Positions 35,924 to 45,165 of a stretch of 49,328 bases of DNA are shown piece after piece. Numbering within the stretch: position 1 is the stretch's first letter; the number at the start of each line of letters is the position of its first letter. The stretch is from an uncultured Candidatus Bathyarchaeia archaeon (GTDB taxonomy: Archaea > Thermoproteota > Bathyarchaeia > 40CM-2-53-6 > JALHTG01). The stretch spans positions 1 to 49,328 of the forward strand of contig CAZGRO010000003.1 of the NCBI GenBank assembly GCA_964528315.1, read 5' to 3'. The notes below the pieces were generated by a model. That model ran no database searches. It was not told where the DNA came from and was given only the letters and a program-made list of their open reading frames with translations. The position numbers and the translations under genes are program-made.

Positions 35924-36016
35924 GAGCGGCAGACCTTACACCAGGTCGACCCGTAAATTTAATCAATCCCTGTGGTTTTCAAAGAGAGAAAACCGTCTCT
36001 ATGATCGGGGTCAAGA

Positions 36017-37540
36017 TTGGGAGCACAAAAGATAACACAGCTAATTCACAACGGAGTAGTCATTCCTCAATATGAGCCTAAAGGCTTCTCAATCTTGCAC
36101 AATGGAAAGAAGATTCCTCTGAATCCCACACAGGAAGAGATGGCTGTAGCATGGGTTAGGAAACTTGGAACCGAATACGTGAGCGATCCGGTATTTGTGA
36201 ACAACTTTGTTTTAGATTTCTGTAAGACGTTGAAGCTGGCGAACCCATGCAGAATCGAGGACTTTGACTTTTTCGAGATTCAACGTTGGGTTGATGATCA
36301 GAAGCTGAAGAAGGAAAGAATGTCAAAAGAAGAGAAGAAGGCTCTGGCAGCGGAACGAAAGAAGATCCGAGAGGCAAACAAGGAGAAGTACGGATACGCA
36401 GTTGTGAACGGACAAAGAGTTGAACTGGGAAACTACACAGTTGAACCGGCCTGTATCTTCATGGGCCGAGGCCAACATCCTCTGCGTGGAAGATGGAAAG
36501 CAAAAGCAAACTACAGCGACATCACCCTCAACCTGTCTCCCGACGCCCCAGTACCTGTGCCACTTGATGGATCGCAGTGGAAAGAGATCGTATTCAACCC
36601 TGAGTACCTCTGGATCGCAAAGTGGGATGACAAGCTCCGAGGCGTCGAGAAGTATGTGTGGTTCGCTGACACTGCAGAATTCAAACAGGAACGGGACATA
36701 GACAAGTACGATCTGGCAAAGCAACTTGAGAAGAGTCTGCCCCGAGTGAGAGATCACATAGAGGAGAATCTTGCGTCCCCGGAACCGATGAGGAGGAAGA
36801 TAGCTACCGTGTCCTATCTCATAGATAATCTGAAAATGAGAGTCGGAGACGAGAAGGATGAGGATGAAGCGGACACCGTAGGCGCCACAACCCTTCGTTC
36901 AGAGCATGTGAAGATATCTGAAGATGGCGAAGTCACCTTTGACTTCTTGGGCAAGGATTCTGTAAGATGGCTCAAGACGATTAAGCCTCCTGCTCAAGTT
37001 GTAGAAAACCTGAAGGAATTCAGAGGCACAAAGAGGCAATCTCTTCTCTTCCAGGGAATTCGATCGGAAAAGGTGAACGCGTTTCTTGACGAGGTCATGC
37101 CCGGATTGACGGCGAAAGTGTTCAGAACCTATCACTCCACAAAGGTGGTGACGGAGTATCTTTCTAAGACTGAGGTGAAGCCTGAGGATGAAGAAATTGT
37201 GAAGAAGAATGTGGCAACCATGGCAAACCTTCAGGCTGCAATAGTGTGCAATCATAAGCGGAAACTGCCAAAGAAGTGGAACGAATCAATGGAGAAGAAA
37301 CTACAGCGCCTGAAAGAGCTTAGGAGCAAGGGAAAGAAGAAACAGGCAAGAACCTTGACTATGCGAATCAAACTTCTGAAGGCGACCAAAGACTACAACC
37401 TTGGCACATCTCTCAGAAGCTACATCGACCCACGGACCTACGCCAACTGGGGCCGAAGAATTGACTATGACTGGAAGAGATACTATCCGAAAACACTTCA
37501 GCGAAAGTTTGCTTGGGTCGACAAGACGGATACTGCATAA
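36017..37540 (+). CDS. Eukaryote-type DNA topoisomerase IB
   Basis: The core motif YLIDNLKMRVGDEKDEDEADTVGATTLRSEHV parallels eukaryotic Topo I (YFIDKLALRAGNEK..ADTVGCCSLRVEH). The C-terminal active-site motif LGTSLRSYIDPR carries the catalytic Tyr. Confidence 0.9.
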   Translation: MGAQKITQLIHNGVVIPQYEPKGFSILHNGKKIPLNPTQEEMAVAWVRKLGTEYVSDPVFVNNFVLDFCKTLKLANPCRIEDFDFFEIQRWVDDQKLKKERMSKEEKKALAAERKKIREANKEKYGYAVVNGQRVELGNYTVEPACIFMGRGQHPLRGRWKAKANYSDITLNLSPDAPVPVPLDGSQWKEIVFNPEYLWIAKWDDKLRGVEKYVWFADTAEFKQERDIDKYDLAKQLEKSLPRVRDHIEENLASPEPMRRKIATVSYLIDNLKMRVGDEKDEDEADTVGATTLRSEHVKISEDGEVTFDFLGKDSVRWLKTIKPPAQVVENLKEFRGTKRQSLLFQGIRSEKVNAFLDEVMPGLTAKVFRTYHSTKVVTEYLSKTEVKPEDEEIVKKNVATMANLQAAIVCNHKRKLPKKWNESMEKKLQRLKELRSKGKKKQARTLTMRIKLLKATKDYNLGTSLRSYIDPRTYANWGRRIDYDWKRYYPKTLQRKFAWVDKTDTA

Positions 37541-37575
37541 TCCTGTTTGCCGTGCTCCATGAACCTGCTCGCGGG

Positions 37576-37944
37576 CTAGCCTAGAATCTTGATTCCGGAA
37601 CCTTTTGGATGCTTCTCAGCCAACTCCACAAGGGAGAGGCATTGCCCCCCCGCTTTCTCAACTTTCCTTTTGGCTTGATCAGTGAACTTTTGCGCTCCAA
37701 CGGTAACCTTGTTCTCAATCATTCCTGATCCTAGAACCGTTCCTGGGACCGCGACAATATCTCCCTTTGAGGTGTGCCTCTCGATCTGCCCAACATTGAT
37801 CGATATTCTTGACCTCTTGGATTTGGTCAACAGCTTGGCCACGGCCTCCCATATTTCGACTTTGTTCTTTCTTGACAGTCTCCTGAGTTCGGCCACCGTG
37901 TTCCTCAACTGAGGGTTAGTGCTTTTGGAAGACATCCCGTTCAT
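37576..37944 (-). CDS. rpl18e: 50S ribosomal protein L18e (eL18)
   Basis: TNPQLRNTVAELRRLSRKNKVEIWEAVAKLL...INVGQIERHTSKGDIVAVPGTVLGSG...KHPKGSGIKILG matches the archaeal L18e layout. Confidence 0.85.
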   Translation of the reverse strand: MNGMSSKSTNPQLRNTVAELRRLSRKNKVEIWEAVAKLLTKSKRSRISINVGQIERHTSKGDIVAVPGTVLGSGMIENKVTVGAQKFTDQAKRKVEKAGGQCLSLVELAEKHPKGSGIKILG

Positions 37945-38028
37945 CTCATTTTCTTTAGCATATCTCGTCTAGCGTCTTCGGCTATGACGCTCTCGTCTCT
38001 AATTAAATTGTCTAATCGCAGTAACGAT

Positions 38029-38421
38029 TCATGCGGCAGCAGGTCCCACGAGGTCTCGCAGCGAGACTATTCCAACCAACCGCCCGTACCTCGTCACAGG
38101 AAGATGATCCACATGTCCAATCGTCATGTCGACAAGAGCATCCGCAACTTTCTTTTCCACTTCGCATGTGATGGTTGGGCTCGTCATCACGTCCTTTACC
38201 TTGGTGTCTGGCGTCTGTCCACGGGATGTCACTAAGACGAAGTCTCGTTCTGTTAGAATGCCGACAGGTAGGTCGCCTTCAACAACCACTACTGCCCCTG
38301 TTCGGTGTTCGATCATAAGGTTGGCAGCATGCCTGATGTCGTCATTGCGTCGGACCGTGACTACTTCTCGTCTCATTACCTTCTCTATTTCTCTGAAGCC
38401 GTAGCCTGAATACTGAGGCAT
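38029..38421 (-). CDS. CBS-domain pair protein
   Basis: 130 aa with two CBS repeats (MRREVVTVRRNDDIRHAANLMIEHRTGAVVVVE; VMTSPTITCEVEKKVADALVDMTIGHVDHLPV). Confidence 0.8.
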   Translation of the reverse strand: MPQYSGYGFREIEKVMRREVVTVRRNDDIRHAANLMIEHRTGAVVVVEGDLPVGILTERDFVLVTSRGQTPDTKVKDVMTSPTITCEVEKKVADALVDMTIGHVDHLPVTRYGRLVGIVSLRDLVGPAAA

Positions 38422-38613
38422 TCGCTAACGATTCCCCAATCAATGACTGCAGGAGGCTATTTATCCTGTTCGGCAGGTCCACAAGAGAAATCAGACATCA
38501 AGTCTTGTTCTCTGTCCGTGGTACTGCCCTCAGGTATGGGCCAGATTTGAGAATGCTTAAGTTTCGGCTATAGTGGCATAGGGACACACAATGAGGAGGG
38601 TTGCCGATCAGAT

Positions 38614-39258
38614 TTGAACTTGGTGATGTTTGGACCACCGGGCTCGGGCAAGGGAACATATGCGTCCAGATTGTTTGCGATACTAAAGCTTCCTCACATA
38701 TCGACTGGAGATCTGATCAGACAGGAGATCAAAGAAAGGAGTGAGACTGGAAAGCAAATTGAAGCCTATACTAGACGTGGAGAGCTGGTCCCGGATGACA
38801 TAGTTGTTGGATTGTTGAAGAGAAGAATCTCGCAGCCTGACTGTGCGACAGGATACATTCTAGACGGCTTCCCCAGGACAATCCCACAGGCCGAAGCTCT
38901 TGAGAAGATAACCGAGATCAAAGTCGTCATAAACTTGGACGTTCCTGACGAGGTGATGATCGAGAGACTCTCAACGAGACTAACCTGCAAGAACTGTGGC
39001 GCCATATACAACAGCAAATTCCTGAAGCCGAAAGCAGAAGGAGTCTGCGACAGCTGCGGTGGGCAACTATACACTCGAGACGACGATAAGCCCGAAGTCA
39101 TTAAGGAACGCCTAAACACATACAGAAGGCAAACCCAGCCCTTGATAGACTACTACAAGAGAAAAGGCCTAATTGAGAATGTGCGCAACACTGAAGCCGC
39201 GGTTCCGCCGGAGAGGATAGTCAATCAAATCCTTAGCATAATAGAGACAAGAAAGTAG
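38614..39258 (+). CDS. adk: Adenylate kinase, long form with zinc-binding lid
   Basis: TTG start. P-loop GPPGSGKGT, the motif GYILDGFPRT, and lid cysteines CKNCG...CDSCGG with YTRDDD. Confidence 0.9.
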   Translation: MNLVMFGPPGSGKGTYASRLFAILKLPHISTGDLIRQEIKERSETGKQIEAYTRRGELVPDDIVVGLLKRRISQPDCATGYILDGFPRTIPQAEALEKITEIKVVINLDVPDEVMIERLSTRLTCKNCGAIYNSKFLKPKAEGVCDSCGGQLYTRDDDKPEVIKERLNTYRRQTQPLIDYYKRKGLIENVRNTEAAVPPERIVNQILSIIETRK

Positions 39259-39282
39259 CTCTCAATCTGCGCTGGCCTAGGC

Positions 39283-39672
39283 CTAGCTCGTAGCAGCCGC
39301 GTTCCTTTTCAGTTCTACTATTGCTTTTGCCAAGTCTCCTTCAGCAGCTTTCAGCGCTGCCTTGGCTTCCTCGATAGTCACGCCTGCCTGCTCTGAAACC
39401 AGTTTCACATCCTCTTCGGACGCCACATCAGGCTGGACGAGGGGCTCCTCCCTCTGCTTTCCTCCCATAATCTGATAGATCTGTTGGCCTTGAAGTGCGA
39501 CAGCAGACACATTCGGGTCTTCAATAATGATCCTCTTGTTTCCTGTTGTGATGATTACTTCCTTCGCTCCCTCGATCTCGCTGACCTGCATACCCATCTT
39601 CTCCATCATTCTCATGGCGTCTCTCCCTCCAGGTATGCCTCCTCTCGCAGCTCGCAATGCTTTGTACGCCAT
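39283..39672 (-). CDS. nac: Nascent polypeptide-associated complex protein (NAC + UBA)
   Basis: NAC domain MMEKMGMQVSEIEGAKEVIITTGNKRIIIEDPNVSAV, with a C-terminal UBA-like region EEDVKLVSEQAGVTIEEAKAALKAAEGDLAKAIVEL. Confidence 0.85.
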   Translation of the reverse strand: MAYKALRAARGGIPGGRDAMRMMEKMGMQVSEIEGAKEVIITTGNKRIIIEDPNVSAVALQGQQIYQIMGGKQREEPLVQPDVASEEDVKLVSEQAGVTIEEAKAALKAAEGDLAKAIVELKRNAAATS

Positions 39673-39758
39673 TTCTCGAATTCCTCTCGCAATTGTCCAG
39701 TTTGTGGTATCCCACTAATGAATGCGACTGAAAATCAGAGGCGAGTCAGTGTCTCTGT

Positions 39759-41729
39759 CTACAGGTACTTCTTGAACCAGTTGACTATGTGGTTGAGCCT
39801 CTCTATTCTGTGTCTAGGTTTTCCGCTTCGTGAAAGTTCGTGATTCTCTCCAGGAAAACGCACCATCATGGTTTCCTTGCGAAGCTTCTTGAGCGCCACA
39901 AAAAGCTGTTCCCCTTGCTCAATTGGACAGCGATAGTCCTCGTCAGAGTGAATAACGAGCAGAGGAGTCTTGATGTTCTCGACATAAGTTATGGGAGACT
40001 CCTCTTTGTAGTGTTGAAGGTTGTCCCACGGAACGCCTCCAACTTCCTCCTCCGCGAAGTAGTAGCCTATGTCGCTGGTTCCGAAGAAGCTGTACCAGTT
40101 GCTTATCGACCGCTGCGTCACCGCGGCCTTAAACCTGTCTGTATGCCCAACTACCCAGTTCGTCATGTATCCTCCGTAGGATCCGCCGGTAACGCCGAGT
40201 CGGCGTTCATCTGCAATTCCGGCCTTGACAACATGGTCTACTGCCTCCATAATGTCCTTGTAGTCTCTGTCGCCATAGTTCGTAGGGATTTTGGCTGCGA
40301 AGTCTTCGCCGTAGCCTGTGCTTCCTCTCGGGTTTGTGAAAACAACCGTATGCCCTGCAGCAGTTAGCAACTGGAACTCCAGCATGAAGCAGTGCCCATA
40401 GGCTGTTCTGGGTCCTCCATGAATCTCCACTACGGTGGGGAGAGGTCCACTTCCGCCGCGTTGAGGCTTCATGATCCATCCTTCAACTTCCACGTGGTCG
40501 GTGGCCTTGAACGAGAACCTCTCTGGCGTAGAGAGTTCAAGTCCTGAAAGGAAATCATCATTGAAGCTCGTGACCTTCTTCTCGCCTTCTTCATCCTTTA
40601 TATACAGTTCGGCAAGGCTCAGTGCCGTCATGGAGGTGTAGGCCAGGGTTTTTCCATCCTTGGAGAAACTGAACCCTTCGATACCTCTTTCGCCTTGCGT
40701 GACAGGTCTGACCGCGCTGCCTTCAGCATCCACAGCATAGATTTGGCATGTTCCGCCGTCTGTAGCTAGAAAGAAGAGCGATTTGCCGTCAGGGCTCCAT
40801 ACGGGGCTGGGGTCAGGCGTGTTCATCCGCGAATCTGAGCCCAGATGGTTTCCAACACCCCTGTCGAGCTTCTTTGTCAACTCAACCGAAGCCCCTCCTG
40901 CAGATGGCACAGTCCATATCCCCATGTTTGTTGCCAGTCTTCTGCGGAGATTGTGTCCCCGGTAGGCTATCTGCTTCCCATCTGGAGACCAGCTCAAGGC
41001 CCCAATTGGGCCTTGGCTTTCCGTGATCTTGCTCGGCTCTCCTCCTGTGACGGGCATCGTGTGGATGTCTCGTACAAACGTGTAATCCGCCTCATCCGTC
41101 ATATTGGCGATGAAGGCTACTTTGCTCCCGTCTCTGGATATGGAACAGCCTTCCACATCGAACTCTCCTCTCGTCAACTGGGCAGGCATCCCTCCCTTTC
41201 TCTTGATCGAGTAGAGATGCGTTCTCTTATCGTGGAAGTATCCTTCGCCGTTGAGTCTGTAGACAATGCGTTTTATGATCTTGGTGTCGCTTTCGTTCTT
41301 CTCTCGTTTCTTCATATCTGAAAGAAATAGAATCCTATTACCATCAGGCGTCCACTTCGGATCATTGATCTTCCCCTCAATCTTTCCCTTCTCCAGTTCC
41401 AGGATGGTTCTTGCTTCTCCTCCGTCAGACGGCATCGTCATCAGCCGCGTGTAGCTCTTGTCCTCAGTCTTTCTTGATGATACGAATAGGAATGTCTTCC
41501 CGTCAGGAGACCAACGTGGACTGGTGTTCCTTCCCTCTCTGAAGGTCAGCTGTCGCAGTCTGCCTCTGGAGATCCTCCAGATGTTGCTTGAGTAGTCCCC
41601 ATTCTTGCCTTCGTCTATTGCCTGGGTTACGACGAAGAGAATGCTTCTTCCGTCTGGAGAAAACTGCGGATCGGTAACAAACTTCAGTTTCTTGATGTCT
41701 TCGGCAATTGGGAGCCTCTTTCCCGCCAT
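39759..41729 (-). CDS. S9 family serine peptidase (acylaminoacyl-peptidase / prolyl oligopeptidase-like)
   Basis: N-terminal beta-propeller with repeated SPDG blades. The C-terminal alpha/beta hydrolase domain has the nucleophile elbow GGSYGGYM, then D (HSDEDYRCP) and H (GENHE). Confidence 0.9.
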   Translation of the reverse strand: MAGKRLPIAEDIKKLKFVTDPQFSPDGRSILFVVTQAIDEGKNGDYSSNIWRISRGRLRQLTFREGRNTSPRWSPDGKTFLFVSSRKTEDKSYTRLMTMPSDGGEARTILELEKGKIEGKINDPKWTPDGNRILFLSDMKKREKNESDTKIIKRIVYRLNGEGYFHDKRTHLYSIKRKGGMPAQLTRGEFDVEGCSISRDGSKVAFIANMTDEADYTFVRDIHTMPVTGGEPSKITESQGPIGALSWSPDGKQIAYRGHNLRRRLATNMGIWTVPSAGGASVELTKKLDRGVGNHLGSDSRMNTPDPSPVWSPDGKSLFFLATDGGTCQIYAVDAEGSAVRPVTQGERGIEGFSFSKDGKTLAYTSMTALSLAELYIKDEEGEKKVTSFNDDFLSGLELSTPERFSFKATDHVEVEGWIMKPQRGGSGPLPTVVEIHGGPRTAYGHCFMLEFQLLTAAGHTVVFTNPRGSTGYGEDFAAKIPTNYGDRDYKDIMEAVDHVVKAGIADERRLGVTGGSYGGYMTNWVVGHTDRFKAAVTQRSISNWYSFFGTSDIGYYFAEEEVGGVPWDNLQHYKEESPITYVENIKTPLLVIHSDEDYRCPIEQGEQLFVALKKLRKETMMVRFPGENHELSRSGKPRHRIERLNHIVNWFKKYL

Positions 41730-41875
41730 CTTCCAACCCTAGATGGTACTGTACAGGGAAGGCTTTTAGATCTTAGCCAAACTGATTTAGCCTTCCCTGC
41801 TATAAGCCAAGCGAGTTTGAGCTGTGACGGAGAAAGTTGCTGTTGACAGAGGCCTCGTCAGGCAGAAGAAGCGCT

Positions 41876-42352
41876 ATGAGGAAGGCTACACAGACTGAGC
41901 TCCACAAGCTTAGAGGGGTGGCGAGCTATCAGCTCGGCAAAGGAACCGGAGAAGTTCTCTTCAAAAGAGACACAATGGTCGTTCACTCCCCGAACACGGG
42001 ACGTATGAGGCATCTATACCGTGACGGAACACTTCTCGCCACCCTGCGCGCCAATGACGGAATGTTTGCGCTTTCAATTGCAGGTGCGCATCTGCTTCTG
42101 AGAAGCAGACGCTTCAAGAACATCGTCACTGTCCAAAGCGACATCTCAGACTTTATCAAGCAAGGAAGAAACGTCTTCGCTAAACACGTCAAACGTGCCA
42201 GCCTCACCATCCGCCCAGAAGAGGAGGTTATCGTCATAAATGAGGAGAGGAAGCTGCTAGCGACCGGGAGAGCCTTCCTTAGCGGTGAGGAGATGCTTTC
42301 CTTTAAGCGCGGAGTTGCTGTCAAGGTAAGGCACGGTGTGACCGAAGCCTAG
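41876..42352 (+). CDS. PUA-domain RNA-binding protein (pre-PUA + PUA)
   Basis: ELHKLRGVASYQLGKGTGEVLF... is followed by a C-terminal PUA-like region RPEEEVIVINEERKLLATGRAFLSGEEMLSFKRGVAVKVRHG. Confidence 0.65.
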   Translation: MRKATQTELHKLRGVASYQLGKGTGEVLFKRDTMVVHSPNTGRMRHLYRDGTLLATLRANDGMFALSIAGAHLLLRSRRFKNIVTVQSDISDFIKQGRNVFAKHVKRASLTIRPEEEVIVINEERKLLATGRAFLSGEEMLSFKRGVAVKVRHGVTEA

Positions 42353-42428
42353 CCTCCCGCATCCTTTTGGATGGTCCAATCGAAACTGTGAAATTGTGAT
42401 CCGATAGCTATACACGGCTTTGAGGTTG

Positions 42429-43319
42429 ATGGTTGTGAAGGTACGCACCAATGCTGATAGATTGGTTAGAATATCTGTCATGGGTGAAGTTGTCAGCCCT
42501 GTGATCGCTAGAGCAGCCTACAAAGTCACGGCGGATGGTAGACCGGTCGTTCTTCCTGGTGTAGGCGGGATAACATACAATGTCCGAGTGGGGGATTTGG
42601 CCTCAGGCTGGGAAGCAGATCATGTAGAACCTGGAGTAAGCGTCGAGAACAAAGAAGATGACAAGCGTTTCCCAGAAGGACCTAACGCAGCCCTAAACAT
42701 CTATTCATGCGTGGGAAATGAAGCTGTTGTGGCGAGTGGTGATGCGAAAGGTTCGAAGGGAACGGTTACCGGGAAGCACGGCGGGATCGAGCATGTCCTA
42801 GTTGATTTTCCGCCTGAAACCTTGGAGAAGCTGATGTTGCAGGACAAGATTCTGATCAGAGCCTTCGGCGTGGGACTGAAGCTGGTTGATCTTCCCGAAG
42901 TGAAGATCATGAATACCGATCCGAGGTTTCTTGAGGCCATGAGTCCGAGGATTGTTGACGGCAAGCTTGAGGTGCCCGTTACGCATATAGTGCCAGCGTC
43001 TGTTATGGGATCTGGGTTAGGAGCAAGTCAAGTGTACTCAGGTGACTACGATATTACGTTGTTCGATGAGGCGACGAAGAAGAAGTGTGGCCTAGAAGAC
43101 GTAAGGTTGGGAGATCTTGTTGCCATAATGGATGCAGATCACAGCTTTGGCAGAATATACAAGCAGGGGGCTGTGTCAATAGGCATAGTGGCGCACAGCG
43201 ACTGCGTAATAGCGGGACATGGACCCGGAGTCACAACTCTCATAACATCAAGTTCAGGCGCAATCGTCCCAAGAATCGACCAGAAAGCCAACATCGCGAA
43301 TCTGTTGCAGCTCAAATAG
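42429..43319 (+). CDS. DUF4438-like conserved hypothetical protein
   Basis: ~295 aa. The N-terminus TNADRLVRISVMGEVVSP and Gly-rich beta-barrel-like segments fit my recollection of DUF4438. The family name is from memory only. Confidence 0.55.
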   Translation: MVVKVRTNADRLVRISVMGEVVSPVIARAAYKVTADGRPVVLPGVGGITYNVRVGDLASGWEADHVEPGVSVENKEDDKRFPEGPNAALNIYSCVGNEAVVASGDAKGSKGTVTGKHGGIEHVLVDFPPETLEKLMLQDKILIRAFGVGLKLVDLPEVKIMNTDPRFLEAMSPRIVDGKLEVPVTHIVPASVMGSGLGASQVYSGDYDITLFDEATKKKCGLEDVRLGDLVAIMDADHSFGRIYKQGAVSIGIVAHSDCVIAGHGPGVTTLITSSSGAIVPRIDQKANIANLLQLK

Positions 43320-43415
43320 CCATCGGAACATGCTCAGAGCAGGACCCGTATCCTGAGTGCACAAATTCATCAAGACCAAATACACCTACCTCGCCATTAT
43401 AGATAGGTTTGGAAT

Positions 43416-43937
43416 TTGAGCTGCGACATATGCGGGGAAGAGATACGGGGAAGGCCTCTGAGGGTGATTATAGAAGGAGCAATTGTGGTCACCTGTCCGC
43501 GGTGTGGCAGGCTAGGAAAACCCTACATTGAGCCTCCCAAGCCACGCCTCAGTCCACCAGTTCATGTCGCACGACCGGCTGCTCGTCCAGGCGCACGCGC
43601 TCGCGCAACCCAGCCGATTTCACGAGAAGCTCTTGGCGAACTTGAGGTTACTGAGGAGTACGCAGCTAGAATACGTAGAGCAAGAGAGAAAATTGGACTT
43701 ACTCAAGAGGATTTGGCAACAAGGGTGAAGGAGAAGCTGTCAATCATACAGAAGATTGAATCTGGAAAGATGACCCCGAACATGAAGCTGTGCAGTGAAT
43801 TGGAGCATTTTCTCAGAATCGAACTCCTCGTGCCAAGCGTGGAAGCCCCAGTGGCGACGCCCCCACCGCGATCCGCGAATCTGACTCTGGGCGACATAGT
43901 CAAGGTGAAACGCAAGGACGAGAAGGAGCTTACGTGA
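43416..43937 (+). CDS. mbf1: Multiprotein bridging factor 1 (archaeal MBF1: zinc ribbon + Cro/C1 HTH)
   Basis: TTG start. Zinc ribbon CDICG...CPRCG, and HTH ARIRRAREKIGLTQEDLATRVKEKLSIIQKIESGKMTP. Confidence 0.8.
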   Translation: MSCDICGEEIRGRPLRVIIEGAIVVTCPRCGRLGKPYIEPPKPRLSPPVHVARPAARPGARARATQPISREALGELEVTEEYAARIRRAREKIGLTQEDLATRVKEKLSIIQKIESGKMTPNMKLCSELEHFLRIELLVPSVEAPVATPPPRSANLTLGDIVKVKRKDEKELT

Positions 43938-43949
43938 AGCGGTTCAATT

Positions 43950-44519
43950 TTGAAAGCTGTTGTACTTAGGTGGGGGCATAGGCCCAGAGATTTCCGAGTG
44001 ACCACCCATGTTGCCCTCACCGCGCGTGCTTTCGGCGCATCAGGCTTCATTCTCGCCGATATAGAAGACAAGAGCATCAAAGAGAATGTCGAAAGAGTGG
44101 TCGCGGACTGGGGTGGAACCTTCAGTTTCGAGATGGGTGTTCCTTGGAGGAAGGCCATAGCTGAATGGAAAACGAACAGAGGCCTAGTGGTTCACTTGAC
44201 GATGTATGGCGAAAGTATTACTGACATGGATCTTGTCTCAGAGATCCGGGCCTCGGAACAAGACATCATGGTGATTGTTGGAAGTCAGAAGGTTCCCGGT
44301 GAGCTCTACTCAGAGAGGTTCTCCGACTACAATGTCTCGGTTGGGGGGCAGCCCCACTCCGAGGTGGCTGCACTCGCCATCTTCCTTGACCGATTGTTTG
44401 AAGGACGCGAGCTGTTGAAGGAGTTTGAGAACGCAAGAATCAAAGTGCATCCTTGCCGGCGAGGAAAAAGCCTCAACAAGTTGGAACCTGCGTCTCTTTC
44501 GTCGGCTCTGTCTGACTGA
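43950..44519 (+). CDS. trm56: tRNA (cytidine56-2'-O)-methyltransferase aTrm56
   Basis: VLRWGHRPRDFRVTTHVALTARAFGASGFIL, HLTMYG, MVIVGSQKVPGELY and GGQPHSEVAALAIFLDRL are near-collinear with Pyrococcus aTrm56. Confidence 0.8.
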   Translation: MKAVVLRWGHRPRDFRVTTHVALTARAFGASGFILADIEDKSIKENVERVVADWGGTFSFEMGVPWRKAIAEWKTNRGLVVHLTMYGESITDMDLVSEIRASEQDIMVIVGSQKVPGELYSERFSDYNVSVGGQPHSEVAALAIFLDRLFEGRELLKEFENARIKVHPCRRGKSLNKLEPASLSSALSD

Positions 44520-44594
44520 TGAGTGTAAAGGCATTAATCTTCGTAAAGATATATTGTATTTATAAACGCGTTTGGCTGGGTGACTGGGCCGACA

Positions 44595-45101
44595 ATGGCT
44601 TTCATGGATGAAGAACTTACAAAGGTGGCTAGGTTCTTCGGTGGAGACGAGGCCGTCAAAGTTGTTGAGGTTCTTCAGAGGCAGAAAGAGGCCACTGATG
44701 ACGTGATAGCAGCTGAGACAGGTATTAGGCTGAACACCGTTAGAAAGATCTTGTACAAGCTCTACGATCACGCCCTGGTCTCCTCAACAAGGGTTCGGAA
44801 CGAGACGACTGGCTGGTACACATTCTATTGGCGACTCCAACCAGATCAGCTTGACGCGTTCATAAGGAGTCGAAAAAGACGAACTCTTGAGAAGCTGAAG
44901 TCACGTCTAGAGCATGAACGCGGCCACAGCTTCTACGTGTGCAGAAAATGTTCTGAAGTCAGGATGACCTTTGAGGAGGCTATGGAGACAGCGTTCCGCT
45001 GTCCCAAATGCGGAGGCCACGTCACCGGCGTGGAGAATACCAAGATAGTTGAGAAGCTCTCAGAGCTGATCAAGAAGCTCGAAGATGAACTACGTGAGTA
45101 G
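44595..45101 (+). CDS. tfe: Transcription factor E (TFE alpha)
   Basis: N-terminal winged helix (GGDEAVKVVEVLQRQKEATDDVIAAETGIRLNTVRKILYKLYDHALV) and zinc ribbon CRKC...CPKCGG. The ORF opens at the GTG at 44580. Confidence 0.8.
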   Translation: MAFMDEELTKVARFFGGDEAVKVVEVLQRQKEATDDVIAAETGIRLNTVRKILYKLYDHALVSSTRVRNETTGWYTFYWRLQPDQLDAFIRSRKRRTLEKLKSRLEHERGHSFYVCRKCSEVRMTFEEAMETAFRCPKCGGHVTGVENTKIVEKLSELIKKLEDELRE

Positions 45102-45165
45102 CGGGCGCGGCGCATTTCTCAGCGTCATGTTAATATGAAGACTTGTTGCGCATGTAGAGCGCTTC

